Part shown: positions 1 through 12,452 of the stretch, one piece after another
How the letters are laid out: every line of letters begins with the position of its first letter
Numbering within the stretch: position 1 is the stretch's first letter
From: Phaeosaccion multiseriatum
Taxonomy: Eukaryota; Protista; Ochrophyta, other classes
Reading direction: 5' to 3'
NCBI GenBank assembly: GCA_965112735.1
Contig: OZ218960.1
Coordinates: 2,418,001 to 2,482,000, forward strand
Length of the DNA: 64,000 nt
Made by a program: the position numbers and the translations under genes
The notes under the pieces: model-generated
Databases searched by the model: none
What the model saw: only the letters and a program-made list of their open reading frames with translations
Told to the model about the DNA's origin: nothing

Positions 1-147
1 ATCGTCACAGGCACCTTCAACCCCCTCCTGGACGGGCTCAATACCTGGCGATTCTTGGAGAACGTCATCTTTAAGCTCACGGGTGTGGAGCCCAACACAT
101 GGAAGAATTGCCCGTCCACCAAGGAGGAGTCCCTGGCGCTCTTCTAA
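1..147 (+). CDS. 3' end of a TMEM189/FAD4 (Kua/CarF-type) lipid desaturase, probably FAD4-like
   Basis: Frame 1 reads IVTGTFNPLLDGLNTWRFLENVIFKLTGVEPNTWKNCPSTKEESLALF* (TAA 145-147). This fits the family C-terminal pattern C-I-x-(S/T)-G-x-x-N-x-x-L-D...W-R-x-L-E...T-G-V-x-P-x-x-W. The gene starts left of the window. Confidence 0.75.
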   Translation: MVTGTFNPLLDGLNTWRFLENVIFKLTGVEPNTWKNCPSTKEESLALF

Positions 148-786
148 GGCCCTCAGTTCTGCCTCAGTTCTGACGCCCTGCTGAGGTGACAGGCAGGACA
201 TGTAGCTACTATAGAGAGAGAGGTGCAACGGCTCCAAGGGTTAATTGGTCCCTCTCGAGAGAGAGATAAGACAGAGAGAGACAGAGAGAGACAGAGAGAG
301 CGAGAGAGAGACACACGAGAGAGAGGGGGGGGGTTCAGCACCTTCTGCTCTCTTGGGGGTTTATGGGCTCAGCGCTCATGGCACGGCTCAGAGAAGGAGT
401 TTCTCTGCGCCATGCCGGACGGAACGGAAGACATGAAAGACGGACTATACTGAAACACGTACAGAAGGAAAGAGTGGCAGCACCAGCACTGTCCTTACCT
501 TAATCACTGACACTCGCTACCTTTTTTTGAGCCGACATACTTACTATGATATAAAGTGATGCCGATAAGTATATTATAAGTAGTATAAGGTTTTATAAAT
601 AAAATTTTGACTTGTTAATTCATGTGACGACCCTATATCATCGCAGGCGTGGCTGGATGGCCCTGCGCCCGTCTCCCCCCCCCCCCCCCCGGCACCTCCC
701 CTCCCCCAAACCTCCTCCGTTCACCGTAAAGAATTATTGCTCCTTCTCCTCCTCCTCCTCCTCCTCCTCCTCTCCCTCCCCATGCC

Positions 787-1198
787 CTATGTAAAGAAGT
801 ACTGTTCCTCCTCCTCCTCCTCTCCCTCCCCATGCCCTCCCCCGTAAGAGCCTGGTGGTGGTGGTGGTGGTGGAGGAGGAGGCGGTGGCTGACGCTGCCG
901 AGGCGCGGGCCGTCGCCTGTCGAAGGCCGGTGCCTCCTCCCCCCTCCTCCCGCCCCCTCCTCCTCTCCCTCCTTCACCGCCAGCTCCGTCGTCCTCATCC
1001 TCGCCTCCGTCGGAGGATCCGTCGAAGTCATCCTCGTCGTCCTCGTCGCCTCTTCCCTCCCTCTGCACTCTCCTTACGGTGCGCATAATATTGTCAAAAG
1101 CCACCCCCAGCACACGGGCAACCTTGTCCTTGATGTGGTACCTGGTGTTTACAAAGTTGTTTGGGAGTGAGTGAGACGAGGGGAGAAGAGGGGGACGT

Positions 1199-1239
<41 letters not shown>

Positions 1240-4200
1240 CACACACACACACACACTCACACACGAACGATACTATGCGATTCACTACCCCCCCTCCCCA
1301 TCTCCGCATCCCTTCCTGCCTTCCTTCCTTCCTTCCTTCCCCGCTCCCAAACCCAATCCATCCCTGCTGCCAGACGTCCGCCAAATATGCCGACAAGCAG
1401 ACCGACAAGCAGGCCGACAACCCGACAACCCGAGAGCCCGATGAGATGAGATGAGATGAGATGAGATGACTGATTGATGATGACTCACTTGCTGTCCCAG
1501 AACATGGCCTTATTCATGCATAGCGAGCACACCGCCATAAACTTGGCCCATGCATGCACCTTCAGGGGGAGAGAGAGAGGAGTCAGTCAATCAGTCAGTA
1601 CTTGGTGTCAGTCAGCCAAGTCAATCAGTCAGTCAGTCAGTCCGTCACTCAGTCAAGTCAGTCAGTCAGTCAGTCAGTCAGTCAGTCAGTCAGTCAGTCA
1701 GTCAGTCAGTACTTGGTGTCAGTCAGTCAAGTCAATCAGTCAGTCAGTCAGTCAGTCAGTCAGTCAGTCCGTTAGTCAAGTCAGTCAGTCAAGTCAGTCA
1801 GTCAGTTAGTCAGTCAGTCAGTCAGTCCGTCAGTCAAGTCAAGTCAGTCAGTCCGTCAGTCAGTCAGTCAGTCAAGTCAGTCAGTCAGTTAGTCAGTCAG
1901 TCAGTCAGTCCGTCAGTCAGTCCGTCCGTCAGTCAGTCAGTCCGTCAGTCAGTCCGTCAGTCAGTCAGTCAAGTCAGTCGGTCAGTCAGCCTGGCTGGCA
2001 CTAGAGAAGGGTGAGTGAGTGAGTAAGCCAGTCAGTCAGTTCCGTTCAGTCAGTCAGGAAAGGAAAGAAAGTCAGTCAGAGAGTCAGCCTAGCCGGCATG
2101 TTCAGTCACGCGACGCACGGGATGGTCAAGTATTCAGTGCGAGATCGTGAGCCCCACCCCCCCCCTCCACCCACTGCCAGTCCTCTCTCCCTCGCCCCCT
2201 CTCTCTCTTCCCTCCTACCGATGCACACCCACGCACCTCTGTGTCCACATCCTGCACAAGCTTGAAAAAGGCCCAAGTGCGCTGCCCCGCCAGCCTCGCC
2301 AAGTCCCCTCGGGCATTCCTCAGAGTGGCAAAGTAGGCGAGCGCCACGCTCAGGCCCACGGACAGGAAGGCGGTGGGGAAGAACACGAAGGGAAGCTGAG
2401 AGGCGAAGTAGCCCATGAAACTGCCAATGAAGGCCAGGGCTGTGGTTGGGGGGTGGGGTTGGGATCGGTGGGGAAGGGAGGGAGGGAAGAAGGGAAGAAG
2501 GGGAGGGAGAGAGGGAAGGAGGAAAGGAGGGAGGGGAGGAGGGAAGGAGGGAAGGAGGGAGGTAGGGAGGGAGGGAGCCGTCCATCGCGGGGCATCAGCA
2601 TCATCATAGAGGCGGAGAGGGAGAGAGGGAGAGAGAGAGAGCCAGTGTCGACGTCAGCGCCAGCTGCAAGGGGCGAGCTCCAAGAAAAGCCCCCGAAAGG
2701 AGACAAAAAACAAGCAGGGGGACAAGAGCAGGCGAAGCAAGCAGAGAACAAGCAGATATAGAGGTACACAGGCGCAAAGGGGTCAACGTGCGACGGCATC
2801 GCTGCGCTCACCGAGCATGCACACGCTCATCGTGAACGGCACGTCATCCTCGTAGACTGCCTTGTACTTCCACGGGTTGTCCGCAGGAGGGAACGGCTGG
2901 CGCTCCTTCGCCTGTGCATCAGGGGCGGGGAGTGGCACGCACACACGCACACACGCGCACACACGCACACACACGCACACACATGCACATACGGTCAGCG
3001 GTCGGCCCATCGGTCGGTCGGTCAGGAAAACAGACAAAGTAGGGAAGGTGTCGAGCAAAGTCGGGGGGGGGGCAGGTTAAGGCACTGAGAGTGGGGTCAG
3101 TATCGAGGTCGGAAATCGAGGTCCGTATCGAGGTCGGAAATCGAGGTCAGTATCGAGGTCGGAAATCGAGGTCAGCATCGAGGTCGGAATAGAGGTCAGT
3201 ATCGAGGTCAGAATCGAGGTCAGTATCGAGGTCGGAATAGAGGTCAGTATCGAGGTCGGAATAGAGGTAGGCCAACAAGGTCGGTCGACCCCGACGCAGA
3301 GGCAGAGGCGGTTGTGGCGGGTACATACACGGCGGCGGAAGGGTGGCGCGGCACTACTGTCGACCAAAAGTCCAGCAGTGTAGGCAGTAAAGCAGTCAGT
3401 GTTGGCAGTGTAATCAGCAAGCGGGCTGACTGATTGGACTCAAACTCACCCCCGCCGCCGCCATAACGTAGGGCACAAGAGGGTAGGCTTTCATGAGCTC
3501 CTTGCTCCGCTTGAGGGAGAGCAGACAGGCCAGCCCTAGAGCCCTAAACAGGTTACCGAATGCCCCCCTGGTGAAGCTCAGTACCAGCCCCACTACCAAG
3601 CCGAGCAGCGAGGGGAAGGTCGCCCGCTGTACTGTGGACTGCGGGAGGGGGGGAGAGGAGGAGGAGGAGGAGGAGGGGGGAGGAGGAGGAGGAGGAGGAG
3701 GAGGAGGAGGGGGGGGGAGGAGGAGGAGAAGGAGGGGGGAGGAGGAGGAGGAGGAGAAGGAGGGGGGAGGAGGAGGAGAAGGAGGAGGAGGAGGAGGAGG
3801 AGGAGGAGGAGGGGGTGGGGGGAGGAGGAGGAGGAGGAGGAGGGAGGAGGAGGAGGAGGAGGGGGAGGAGGAGGAGGAGGCGGAGGAGGAGGAGGAGGAG
3901 GAGGAGGAGGAGGAGGAGGAGGAGGAGGAGGAGGAGGAGGAGGAGGAGGAGGAGGAGGAGGAAGAAGAGTGGTGGTGGTGGTGAGGAGAGGGGGTGTCAG
4001 CAGGCTCGCCATTCCTATTCCAATACAACTACAAATGGAGAGGTCATTTGAGGTGGTGGCGGTGGACGCGAGGGGGCACCGGTGATATGAAGGCAGACGT
4101 GTTAAGGTGAGTAAACACACCGTGGTAGGGATAGAAAGCAGGGAGAAGATATGGACGAGGCCACTGCGCGACACCGGGACAGACTGTCCGGTCCACAACC

Positions 4201-5197
4201 GGCCAAGAGAAAAGAATAGAGGTCAGTCAAAGGGGTGGGGTCACTGTGTCACTATCGCACAAGTCCGCACCTTCCCCACTGCCATCCCAAGGCCAGCGCC
4301 CACCAGAGAGGAGCTCAGCACCACCGCCGCCTTGCCCGAGGTGCTGTGCGAGGGAGGTGAGGGGAGAGAGAGCGCAGAAGTAACAGCAACAGCAGAAGAA
4401 GAAGCAACGCGGGGGTGAGGCGTATCCGCGCGCTGGAGATAGGAGGGAACAACTGCCAGACAGCAGCAACCATCCGCCTAGGGCGGGTCAGATCGCCCAG
4501 ACGCAGAGCCAAGGCTTCAAGCGAAGCGAACCATTTTTAAATGGCACACGCTTGCCGAGTCTTCCAAGCAAGGAGCCGCAATTCCCTTCCCGCCTGCTTG
4601 GCACGCTCACCTGGACATATACTCCGCTACCATACTACCCTCCGCCTCCTCTTCGCCCTCTGCGCCACCTGCACCAGCCCCCTCTTGATCGCCCCTCCGT
4701 CCCCCTCCCATCGGTCTCCCACTCTTCCCCTTCCGTCTTCTCCCGGTTGCACCGCGCGGTCCATCGCTCCTTTCCTCGAAACCCTCCTCCTCCTCCTCCT
4801 CCTCCTCCTCCTCCTCGGTTGACATCCACCCCGCCCCCCCTGAACCCGCACTCCGCCCTGCTCGGCTCCTGCTAAAGGGCGGGCCAGCTGGAGCTTCCTC
4901 CCCAAACTGTCGCTCTTGCGGCCGCCGGCGCTTGGCCGACCCCGGCGCGGCGTGTCCACCTACAGTAGGCCCAGTGGTATCGGCCCAGGGAGACTCGGCA
5001 GAGACGAGGAAGGTTCCGCGCTGCGCTTGCAAGAAGGGAGAGGCCATCAACACTTGGAGACACGCCAGCACATGGAGCCGTCTCCTTCGCCCACAGCTGC
5101 GCTTGCTGCTGCCTTCGGTTAAGGGACGGACGCATTGCTGTCGGCGCTTAGTGTTATCCCAGCTGCGGCCAGTACTGCCGGTGATGGAGCTCACCAT
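787..5197 (-). CDS. Uncharacterised multi-pass membrane protein, about 525 aa, 7 exons
   Basis: GT-AG exons join in frame: 5197-4611, 4343-4271, 3638-3450, 2911-2812, 2439-2237, 1559-1489, 1141-787. It has Gly-rich hydrophobic helices and two similar segments (LSFTRGAFGNLFRALG / YFATLRNARGDLARLAG). The start codon is uncertain. Confidence 0.75.
1582..2056 (+). repeat. (GTCA)n complex intronic satellite with AGTACTTGGTG interruptions
   Basis: Visible tandem array; the same interrupted motif occurs inverted at about 43290-44064. Confidence 0.9.
3099..3268 (+). repeat. 12/13-bp minisatellite (AGTATCGAGGTC / GGAAATCGAGGTC), about 14 units
   Basis: Visible tandem units inside an intron of the 787-5197 gene. 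Confidence 0.9.
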
Positions 5198-5309
5198 CCT
5201 CACAAGAAGGGACCAACGTGTAAGGGGACGGGAGGAGAGGGAACACTTTTAACAATCAACCTCGTTTGAAAAAAAAAAATCGATTTCTCACTCCGGCACG
5301 ATTGGCACG
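5198..5309. promoter_or_regulatory. Putative bidirectional promoter
   Basis: About 112 bp between divergent predicted start codons, containing a poly-A tract near 5270. Confidence 0.45.
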
Positions 5310-5863
5310 ATGATTGTGCCTATTTTGTGGCCATGTCTCCTCTTCCTGCTGTCCTTGACTCTTGGACAAAGCTTCCATGTCGTGCAAACTCCGTCTATGG
5401 ACCTCAGGGTGAGAGGGAGTCAGGGCCGCAAACGCAATGCCAGCCCCCCTTCTCGGATCTTTGCTTCGTCTCACACGCGAAACAGGTTGCCATAGCTATT
5501 CTAGCCTCTAACCCCCTCTTTCCTTGCTTGCTATTGCGCGAAACAGGTGTCTACAGGTATTGTGAAGCGCGTCGCTGTGGTTACAGGTAAGAATGCTGCT
5601 GATCACAATCTCCCACACATTCCCTCCTCAGTTTTTCCTCTTTGCCACTGGGCACAGGCGGGTCCAGAGGAATTGGGAAAGGGATTGCGGTCACATTAGC
5701 AGAGAGAGGAGCCATTGTCTACGTCACCGGCAGGAGCGCGCTTGGGACAACCACGGAGGAGGGCGTGGGCGGGTAAGCCAACCTTGAGACCCGGAGGGGG
5801 GCTCTAAGTGAGCGTGTCTTGACGCCGAGTCCTCTCTCTCTATCTTCTCTTTCTCTCTCTTTA

Positions 5864-5944
<81 letters not shown>

Positions 5945-6352
5945 ACTCTCTCTCTTCTCTCTCTCTCTCTCTTATTCCGTCAGCTCGCTGGAGGAAACAG
6001 TGGCAGCCATCGAGGCAGCGGGAGGGAGGGGCATTGCAGTTCAATGTGACCATAGTAATGATTCGGAGGTGAGGCGGTGATGAGTGGACTACTGGCACAC
6101 TCACGTGGGCTCGTTCCTGTCCGATCTGCCTCACAAGAGTGTCCCTGCATACCCACACGCTCTTCTTGTATGCCCCAGGTGGAGGACCTGTTCAAGAAGG
6201 TGGAACAGGAGCAGGGCAGGTTGGACATTCTCGTCAATAACGCCTTTGACCTTGGCAAGGTAAGAGAGGAAGGAGAAGGGTGTGAGGGTTGGGAGGAGTG
6301 AGGGTGGTGAGAGAGAGAGTGTGTGTGAGAGAGAGAATCCACAAGCACGTCT

Positions 6353-6397
<45 letters not shown>

Positions 6398-9300
6398 CGT
6401 CTTCTCAGCTAGTCTGACCAGTACGCAAACGCCCACCAAAAGTGATATAAAAACAGCATAACACTGTGGTGTGCTGCACTGCTGGGACCCCCCCTCAGTT
6501 TCGTTCGAGCTCACACGAATGCTCCGCCCCTCCTCGTGACCCACTGCGCTATCCCCTCAGGGCAACCAACTCAAGGTCAGACACGGCTCTCGCTGTCCGA
6601 ACGGAAGAGGGGAGAGAAAATGGAAGAAAAGGGAGGATCGAAGCCCTCCTCTACGAAGCCTCTCCTGTAACTGTAATATGGGTCTGGTCTGGTTCCATCT
6701 GTGATTGGATACGGTAGAAGCCTCTTCTCCTCTGTGTCTTCCAAGCCTCACTTCCCCCCCTTTTGTGTCGTGCCTGCCTGCCTGCCTGGCTTTGTCCGGT
6801 CTCTCTTTTCTCTCTTCCTTGCAGGGAAGCTTTTGGGACCAGGGAGCAGAAGCGTGGGGTAAGTCAGTCGCTCAACCTGAAACAGTGTGTTTCCTCTCTG
6901 ACTCACTTGTACTAAGATTACATAAGATTACCCTCACCCTTACTCTCCTCCCTCGCAGATGCTATGCACACAGTGGGCCTTCGCTCCCACTACATGGTGC
7001 GTGTGGGTGCGTGCGTCCACGGACACTGCTGCCACCGCTTGTCTGAGCTCTGTCCTTGGAGAGGCATTCCTCTTCCTTTGCTCTGTCCACTGGGCTCCGC
7101 CAACCGTGATGCGTGAGTCTGACCGCCAGTGCGACTGACTGACTGACCGTGTGACCTTCTCCCTCTCCCCCTTTGGTGCGGGCACCTTGATGCCCTGCCC
7201 TGCCCTGCCCTGCCCTCCCCTGCCCTGTATCACCAACTCCCCCCCCCATGCAACAGGCGTCGTGCCTAGCCGTGCCCCTCATGATGAAGAGTACCGGCAA
7301 GGGGCAGCGGCCGGGCCTCATCGCTAACGTGAGCAGCTTCGGAGCCATCTTCTACATGTGAGTGGGGGAGCGGAAACCGAGGCGGCAGAGCACGAAGGGC
7401 TTCTTCTTCGTGTTGTATGAGGGAGTGGAAACCCGGGTGGCTGACCACAGCTCCTTTGGCACGACAGAGGGCTGTCGCACCGGCAGCCTTCCTTTCCTTC
7501 TTTTCATTGCTTTCCTTCTTTTCATTGCTTTCCTTCCTCTTCCTTCCTTTCCTTCTTTTCCTTCCTTCCTTCCTTTCCTTCTTTTCCTTCCTTCCTTCCT
7601 TCCTTCCTTCCTTCCTTCCTTCCTTCTTTCCTTCCTTCCTTCCTTCCTTCCTTCCTTCCTTCCTTCCTTCCTTCCTTCTTTTCCTTCTTTTCCTTCCTTC
7701 CTTCCTTCCTTCCTTCCTTCCTTCCTGCCTTCCTTCCTTCCTTTCCTTCTTTTCCTTCCCTCCTTCCTTCTTTTCCTTCGTTCCTTCCTTTCCTTCGTTT
7801 CCTTCGTTCCTTCCTTTCCTTCTTTTCCTTCCTTCCGTCCTTTCCTTCCTTTCCTTTCCTTTCCTTCTTTTCCTTCCTTCCGTCTTTTCCTTCCGTTTCC
7901 TTCCTTCCTTCCTTCCTTCCTCCCTTCCTTCCTTCCTTCCTTTCCTTCCTTCCTTCCTTCCTTCCTTCCTTCCTTCCTTCTTTTCCTTCCTTCCTTCCTT
8001 CCTTCCTTTCCTTCCGTCTTTTCCTTCCGTCTTTTCCTTCCGTTTCTTTCCTTCCTTCCTTCCTTCCTTCCTTCCTTCCTTCCTTCCTTTTTTCTCCCCC
8101 CCCCCCATATTTCTCGTTCCATATCTTAACCTCTGTCTCCCCCTTCCCATCTCTCATCCTCGCCCTCTCCCTCCCTCCCTCCCTCCCTCCCTCCCTCCCT
8201 CCCTACCCCCCCTGTCCGCAGCTTCAACGTGGCGTACGGTGTGGGTAAGGCTGCGGTTGACCGACTCTCGAGCGACATGTCCGTTGAGCTCGAGGAACAC
8301 AACATCGCTTCCGTTTCTCTCTGGCCAGGAGTGGTCATGACAGAGAAGATGAAGGCCATCGCTTTGAGGTGAGGGAGGGAGGGAGGGAGTGGGTGGGTGG
8401 GTGAGGGAGGCAGTGGGTGAGTGAGTTAGTGAGTGTGTGGCTGGGTGAGGGAGGGAGGGAGTGAGTGAGTGAGTGAGTGTTTGAGAGTGTGGGTGGATGA
8501 GTAAGTGAGTGAGTGAGTGAGTGAGTGAGTGGGCAAGTGAGTCAGTGCGCATTACTGCCACCTGCTGCTACTGTATCACCAACACCTGCATGTGTGCGCC
8601 TGTACCCTCCCCTCCCCTCCAGTGGCAAGTGGGAGGAGGTCGTGGGTGCCTCTCCACAGTCCATGTGCGAGAGCCCTTCCCTCACGGGCAAGGCGGTGGC
8701 CTCTCTGGCAGGGGACCCCGCCCTCATGGAGAGGACGGGGAGCGTGGCCATCGTTGCTGAGGTGAGCGTTTGGCTGGGGTGTCCCCCCTTGGGGCTGTCT
8801 CCATGGAGGCTGTACCTACCACTTGGGGCTTCTCTCCATCGAGACTTGTCCCCCCTGGGGCTGTCCCCCCCTGGGGCTGTCCCCCCTGGGGGCTGTCCCA
8901 TCCCCATCCCCGCGTACTTGAAGAAGTGATGGTCTAATGCTCTACTCGGCCCCGCGTGGGCCTGTGGGTTTATGGCCATCCCATCTGCTGTCATTTGCCG
9001 CCATCTGCTGCGCAAGGCTCTCAAAGACACACACCTGTTGTTTCAACCCCCCCCCCCCCTCCTCGTACAACCAAACACCTCACACCACGCACCTCCCTCA
9101 CTGTCCTTCTATCTGTCTTTCTATCCATCCATCTATCTATCCATCCATCCATCCATCCATCCATCCATCCATCCATCCATCCATCCATCCATCTATCCCA
9201 CTCCCCTGGTTCCCCTCGTCCCCCCCCCCCCAGCTGGCTAAGGAGTACGGCTTCACCGACCTGGACAACAAGCCAGCACCGCCCTCCATCCGGTCACTGC

Positions 9301-9437
9301 GCTACCTGCTGGGGGCCTATCTCGTGCCCAGGGTGTTACCGAAGAGTCTCGCTGCTCGCTTCGATACAAACTTGATTCCAGACGTGCTCATTCCGTTGGA
9401 TTGGATGAAGGGGCAGCGGCCGCCCGTGGGGGAGTGA
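5310..9437 (+). CDS. DHRS1: Short-chain dehydrogenase/reductase, DHRS1-like, 12 exons, with an N-terminal signal peptide
   Basis: Exons 5310-5408, 5547-5586, 5658-5772, 5984-6068, 6179-6259, 6561-6575, 6825-6858, 6959-6996, 7257-7357, 8222-8368, 8623-8761, 9234-9437 join in frame. Motifs: [10 protein letters not shown] (TGxxxGIG), [30 protein letters not shown], catalytic [19 protein letters not shown]. Confidence 0.9.
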
Positions 9438-10199
9438 GGTACAGTAGGTATGAGGTGATGGACGCACCACACACATACGTAAGAAGGGAGAAGGAGAGAG
9501 GGATAGAAGGAAGGGTATGAGGGGTGAGAGGTAGGCACATGGCTCATAGAGAGAGAGAGGGAGAGGGACTGAAGCCGCCGGTGGGGTGATGTAAGACCGC
9601 ATCACACACATAGAGGGAGGGAGAGAGACAGGGGCAAGCAAGAGAGAGACAGACAGACAGACAGACAGAGAGAGAGAAGAGAGGGGCATCAATCATCACA
9701 CTCACTGAGGCTGCAAACCCGAAATGTCGATTTCGCTACTGTACCGTGTACGATACAAGGCCTATAAGATACGCTGTGATTAATTTTTTTTAAAATTTAT
9801 ACTTTGATTTACAAATTTGATACTATAATCAATAATAAAAGTAAGAAAAAACTAAATAAATGGAAAAGCAGAGAAGTATGAGCAGTGCGCCCCAGCTTTG
9901 CGTCTCACCGACACGCAGTGTCACATTGTTCGTCCTTTCTTCTCTCTTGCGGGTTGCCCCTATCTGGAAACACTCCAGACAGGCAGCCCTTCTACCCTTA
10001 GGTGACTCATACTTAGTCAATAATTAGACCCCCCCCCCCCTATTTGTTGGTGGTGAGCACGTTCAGCTGCCCACCCCTCCGCCAAGTTCCTTCAACAGTC
10101 CACCCACAAGGGGACTGAAATGAAGGCATGGAGTGTGTATCTATCTCGCTCGTCCAATGTACCTCACCTCATCTCTTCATCTATGGTGGATACCCGTGC

Positions 10200-12020
10200 C
10201 TACTGCTTCCGCTGCTCTCTGCGCCCCCCCACATACCCTGTCTCCTCACCCACTAGGTTGTCCTCGGTCTCCACGCTAATGCCGAATGCCCACACCAACG
10301 CCGAGACAAATGCAGAGGGTGGCTTGCCCTCCTCAACGCTTAATGGGCCCTCTCCTTCGCCCCCCTCCTCGCCCCTCTGCACGACCGAGGACGAATCTTC
10401 CTGCCCTTCGCTCTTGCTCCCCCTACTCCCTCTGGAACGATCACGAACACGATGAGAACGGGGCCGGGTTTTGGACTTCTTCGCCCTGCTGGTGCCACCG
10501 CTTTCCCTGCCCCCTTCCTTCTCCCATTGGTCCAGCGAGACGACTCTACTACTTCCCGCCCTGCTGGGCAGCGCGGAGTCCGCGGCGCAGCAAAGGCCAG
10601 CGGACATGGGGGGGAGGTCGCGAGGGTGGCCCTGAGGTGCCGGCATGGGCCTGCTTACTCCATGGAAAGCTTCGTTGGGCGCGGCCGAGTCGGCGTAGCA
10701 GCAATCTGTCCCACCGGGAAGAAGAGACTTGGCGCCGTGGCGGGACCCGTTCTGCGGCCTTCTCGTAGTAGACGTCGCTGGTCTGCTGTTGGGCATTGCA
10801 GAGTCCACGGCGCAGCAGAACTCAATCCCGAACGCCCCTCCTAATCCTGCCATGCTTTCGCTGGGCTCCGAATTCCCGAAGGTGTAGCGGCTCTCTCTGC
10901 GCGGCCGCGCTGGCCTCCTCTCCCCTCTGCTCGATACGAGCACCCTATCCAATAATGACAACGGAGAGGCTTCGCCTTTGTCTTTCCCCGTTCCCCTCCC
11001 TGTTCTTCCAAAAAGCTCAGTAGCTACGGGAGAAAGTTTGGTTTGAAAGGGGCCGATGCGTACGCCAAAGCCAAGAAGCAGCAGCCAGGCCAGCTGTAGC
11101 AATAGAGGAAGTAGAGTACAGTCTCAACAGCGACAGCCCTGTTGAAAGCGGGGAATCCCTTCCCTTTGGTGTCTTTGTGCCTCTGGGGCGAATGGCGATG
11201 GTTGGGAAAGAGGTTGATTTGAAATTTGAAATTCAGTCTTCCCCCTTCCAAAACCTTCCACTTCCCCTGGGTGTGCGCTCTTGTGCCCCTCGGAGCGGCG
11301 GTGTGAGGTGTGAGGGAGGAGGGAGGGGTGGAGGGAGTGAGTGAGGGAGGGAGTAAGCGAGTGCATGGGCGGGTGAGTGCATTACAGAGCGAACACGAGT
11401 GAGTGAGTGAGTGAATGCGTTAGCGGCTAGCAAGAATGCGTGCGTGAGTGAGTGCGTGCGTAAGTGAGTGAGGTACGTACTCACGAGTCCCCAATCTACC
11501 GAGGCAGCTGCTAGACGAAGCTAGTGCCCTGAAGCAGCATGCCTCCCCAGATCTCTCTCCTCGATAGCACCCACTGGCTGTAGCCAAACTAGTTACGGGG
11601 CGGGAGGATTCTTCGCGACGCGCCGTGTGGCTGGTAAGCTCATCAACGAGCTTGTATACCTTCTAGACCATGTGTCCATGGCTGAAGGAGTGATTGAGTG
11701 AGTGAGTGAGGAAGTTAGGGAAGTGGGTGGGTGAGTGAGGGAGGGAGTGGGTGAGTACGTGAGTGCGTGGGTGGGTGCGTGGGTGAGTCGGTGAGGACGT
11801 GAGTGAGTGAGTGAGCGAGTACGTGTAGCTAGGTGGGTGAATCGGTGAGGACGTGAGAGAGGAGTGAGAGAGGAGTGGCTGAGTAAGTGGCTGAGTGAGG
11901 GGAGGGAGGGGGTCCGATAGCAGATAGCATGCCGGCCGGTGATAGCAGATAGCGGATAGCACGTCAGGGGTGAAACATTTCTTCCTTTGAGCTTCTACGT
12001 TTTCTGGGCACGCCGAGGCT
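10200..12020 (-). pseudogene. Possible degenerate spliced gene remnant, unidentified
   Basis: Exon-like non-repetitive blocks (about 10200-11290, 11484-11680, 11974-12018) alternate with intron-like (GTGA)n tracts. I could not build a stop-free model, and the top end is disrupted by MITE fragments. Confidence 0.25.
11914..11973. mobile_element. MITE family C, right-end fragment
   Basis: GATAGC-rich segment ending TCAGGGGTGA; reverse-complement-similar to 12167-12237. Confidence 0.55.
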
Positions 12021-12166
12021 GAATGAATGAGTGAGTGAGTGAGTGAGTGAGTGAGTGAGGAAGTTAGGGAAGTGAGTGAGGGAGTGGGTGAGTACGTGAG
12101 TGCGTGGGTGGTGGGCATGTGATTGAGTGGGTGAGGACGTGAGTGAGGAGCTTCGAAGGAGCTGAG

Positions 12167-12286
12167 TCAACCCCTCCTGATGCGCTATCCGCTACCCGCT
12201 ATCGCCGGCGCCAGCCGGCGCGCTATCTGCTATCGGGCCCCGGGGGGGCCGATAGTCAACGATAGTGTGCTATCGAGAATGTGGGC
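12167..12286. mobile_element. MITE family C, left-end fragment
   Basis: Starts TCAACCCCTCCTGA, carries GCTATC repeats and shares GCTATCGAGAATGTGGGC with the 12361-12452 copy. Confidence 0.55.
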
Positions 12287-12360
12287 ATTTTCCCTTTAAG
12301 TGCCATCTATGGTTGTCTAAAAGTAACGCCTCACCGCCCCGGGGAACTTAAGCCCCCGAG

Positions 12361-12452
12361 TCAACCCCTGATACACTCACTATCGATCCGCTATTCGCCG
12401 GCGGCTGATAGCGCGCTATCGAGAATGTGGGCGATAGTGTATCAGGGGTTGA
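12361..12452. mobile_element. MITE family C, complete 92-bp copy
   Basis: 17-bp TIRs TCAACCCCTGATACACT...AGTGTATCAGGGGTTGA. Flanks CCCGAG / CCCGTG suggest a 6-bp TSD with one mismatch. Confidence 0.7.

Noticed and set aside
1142-2236. Apparent frameshift or non-canonical junction in the 787-5197 gene
   Set aside because: Resolved by a 71-nt exon at 1559-1489.
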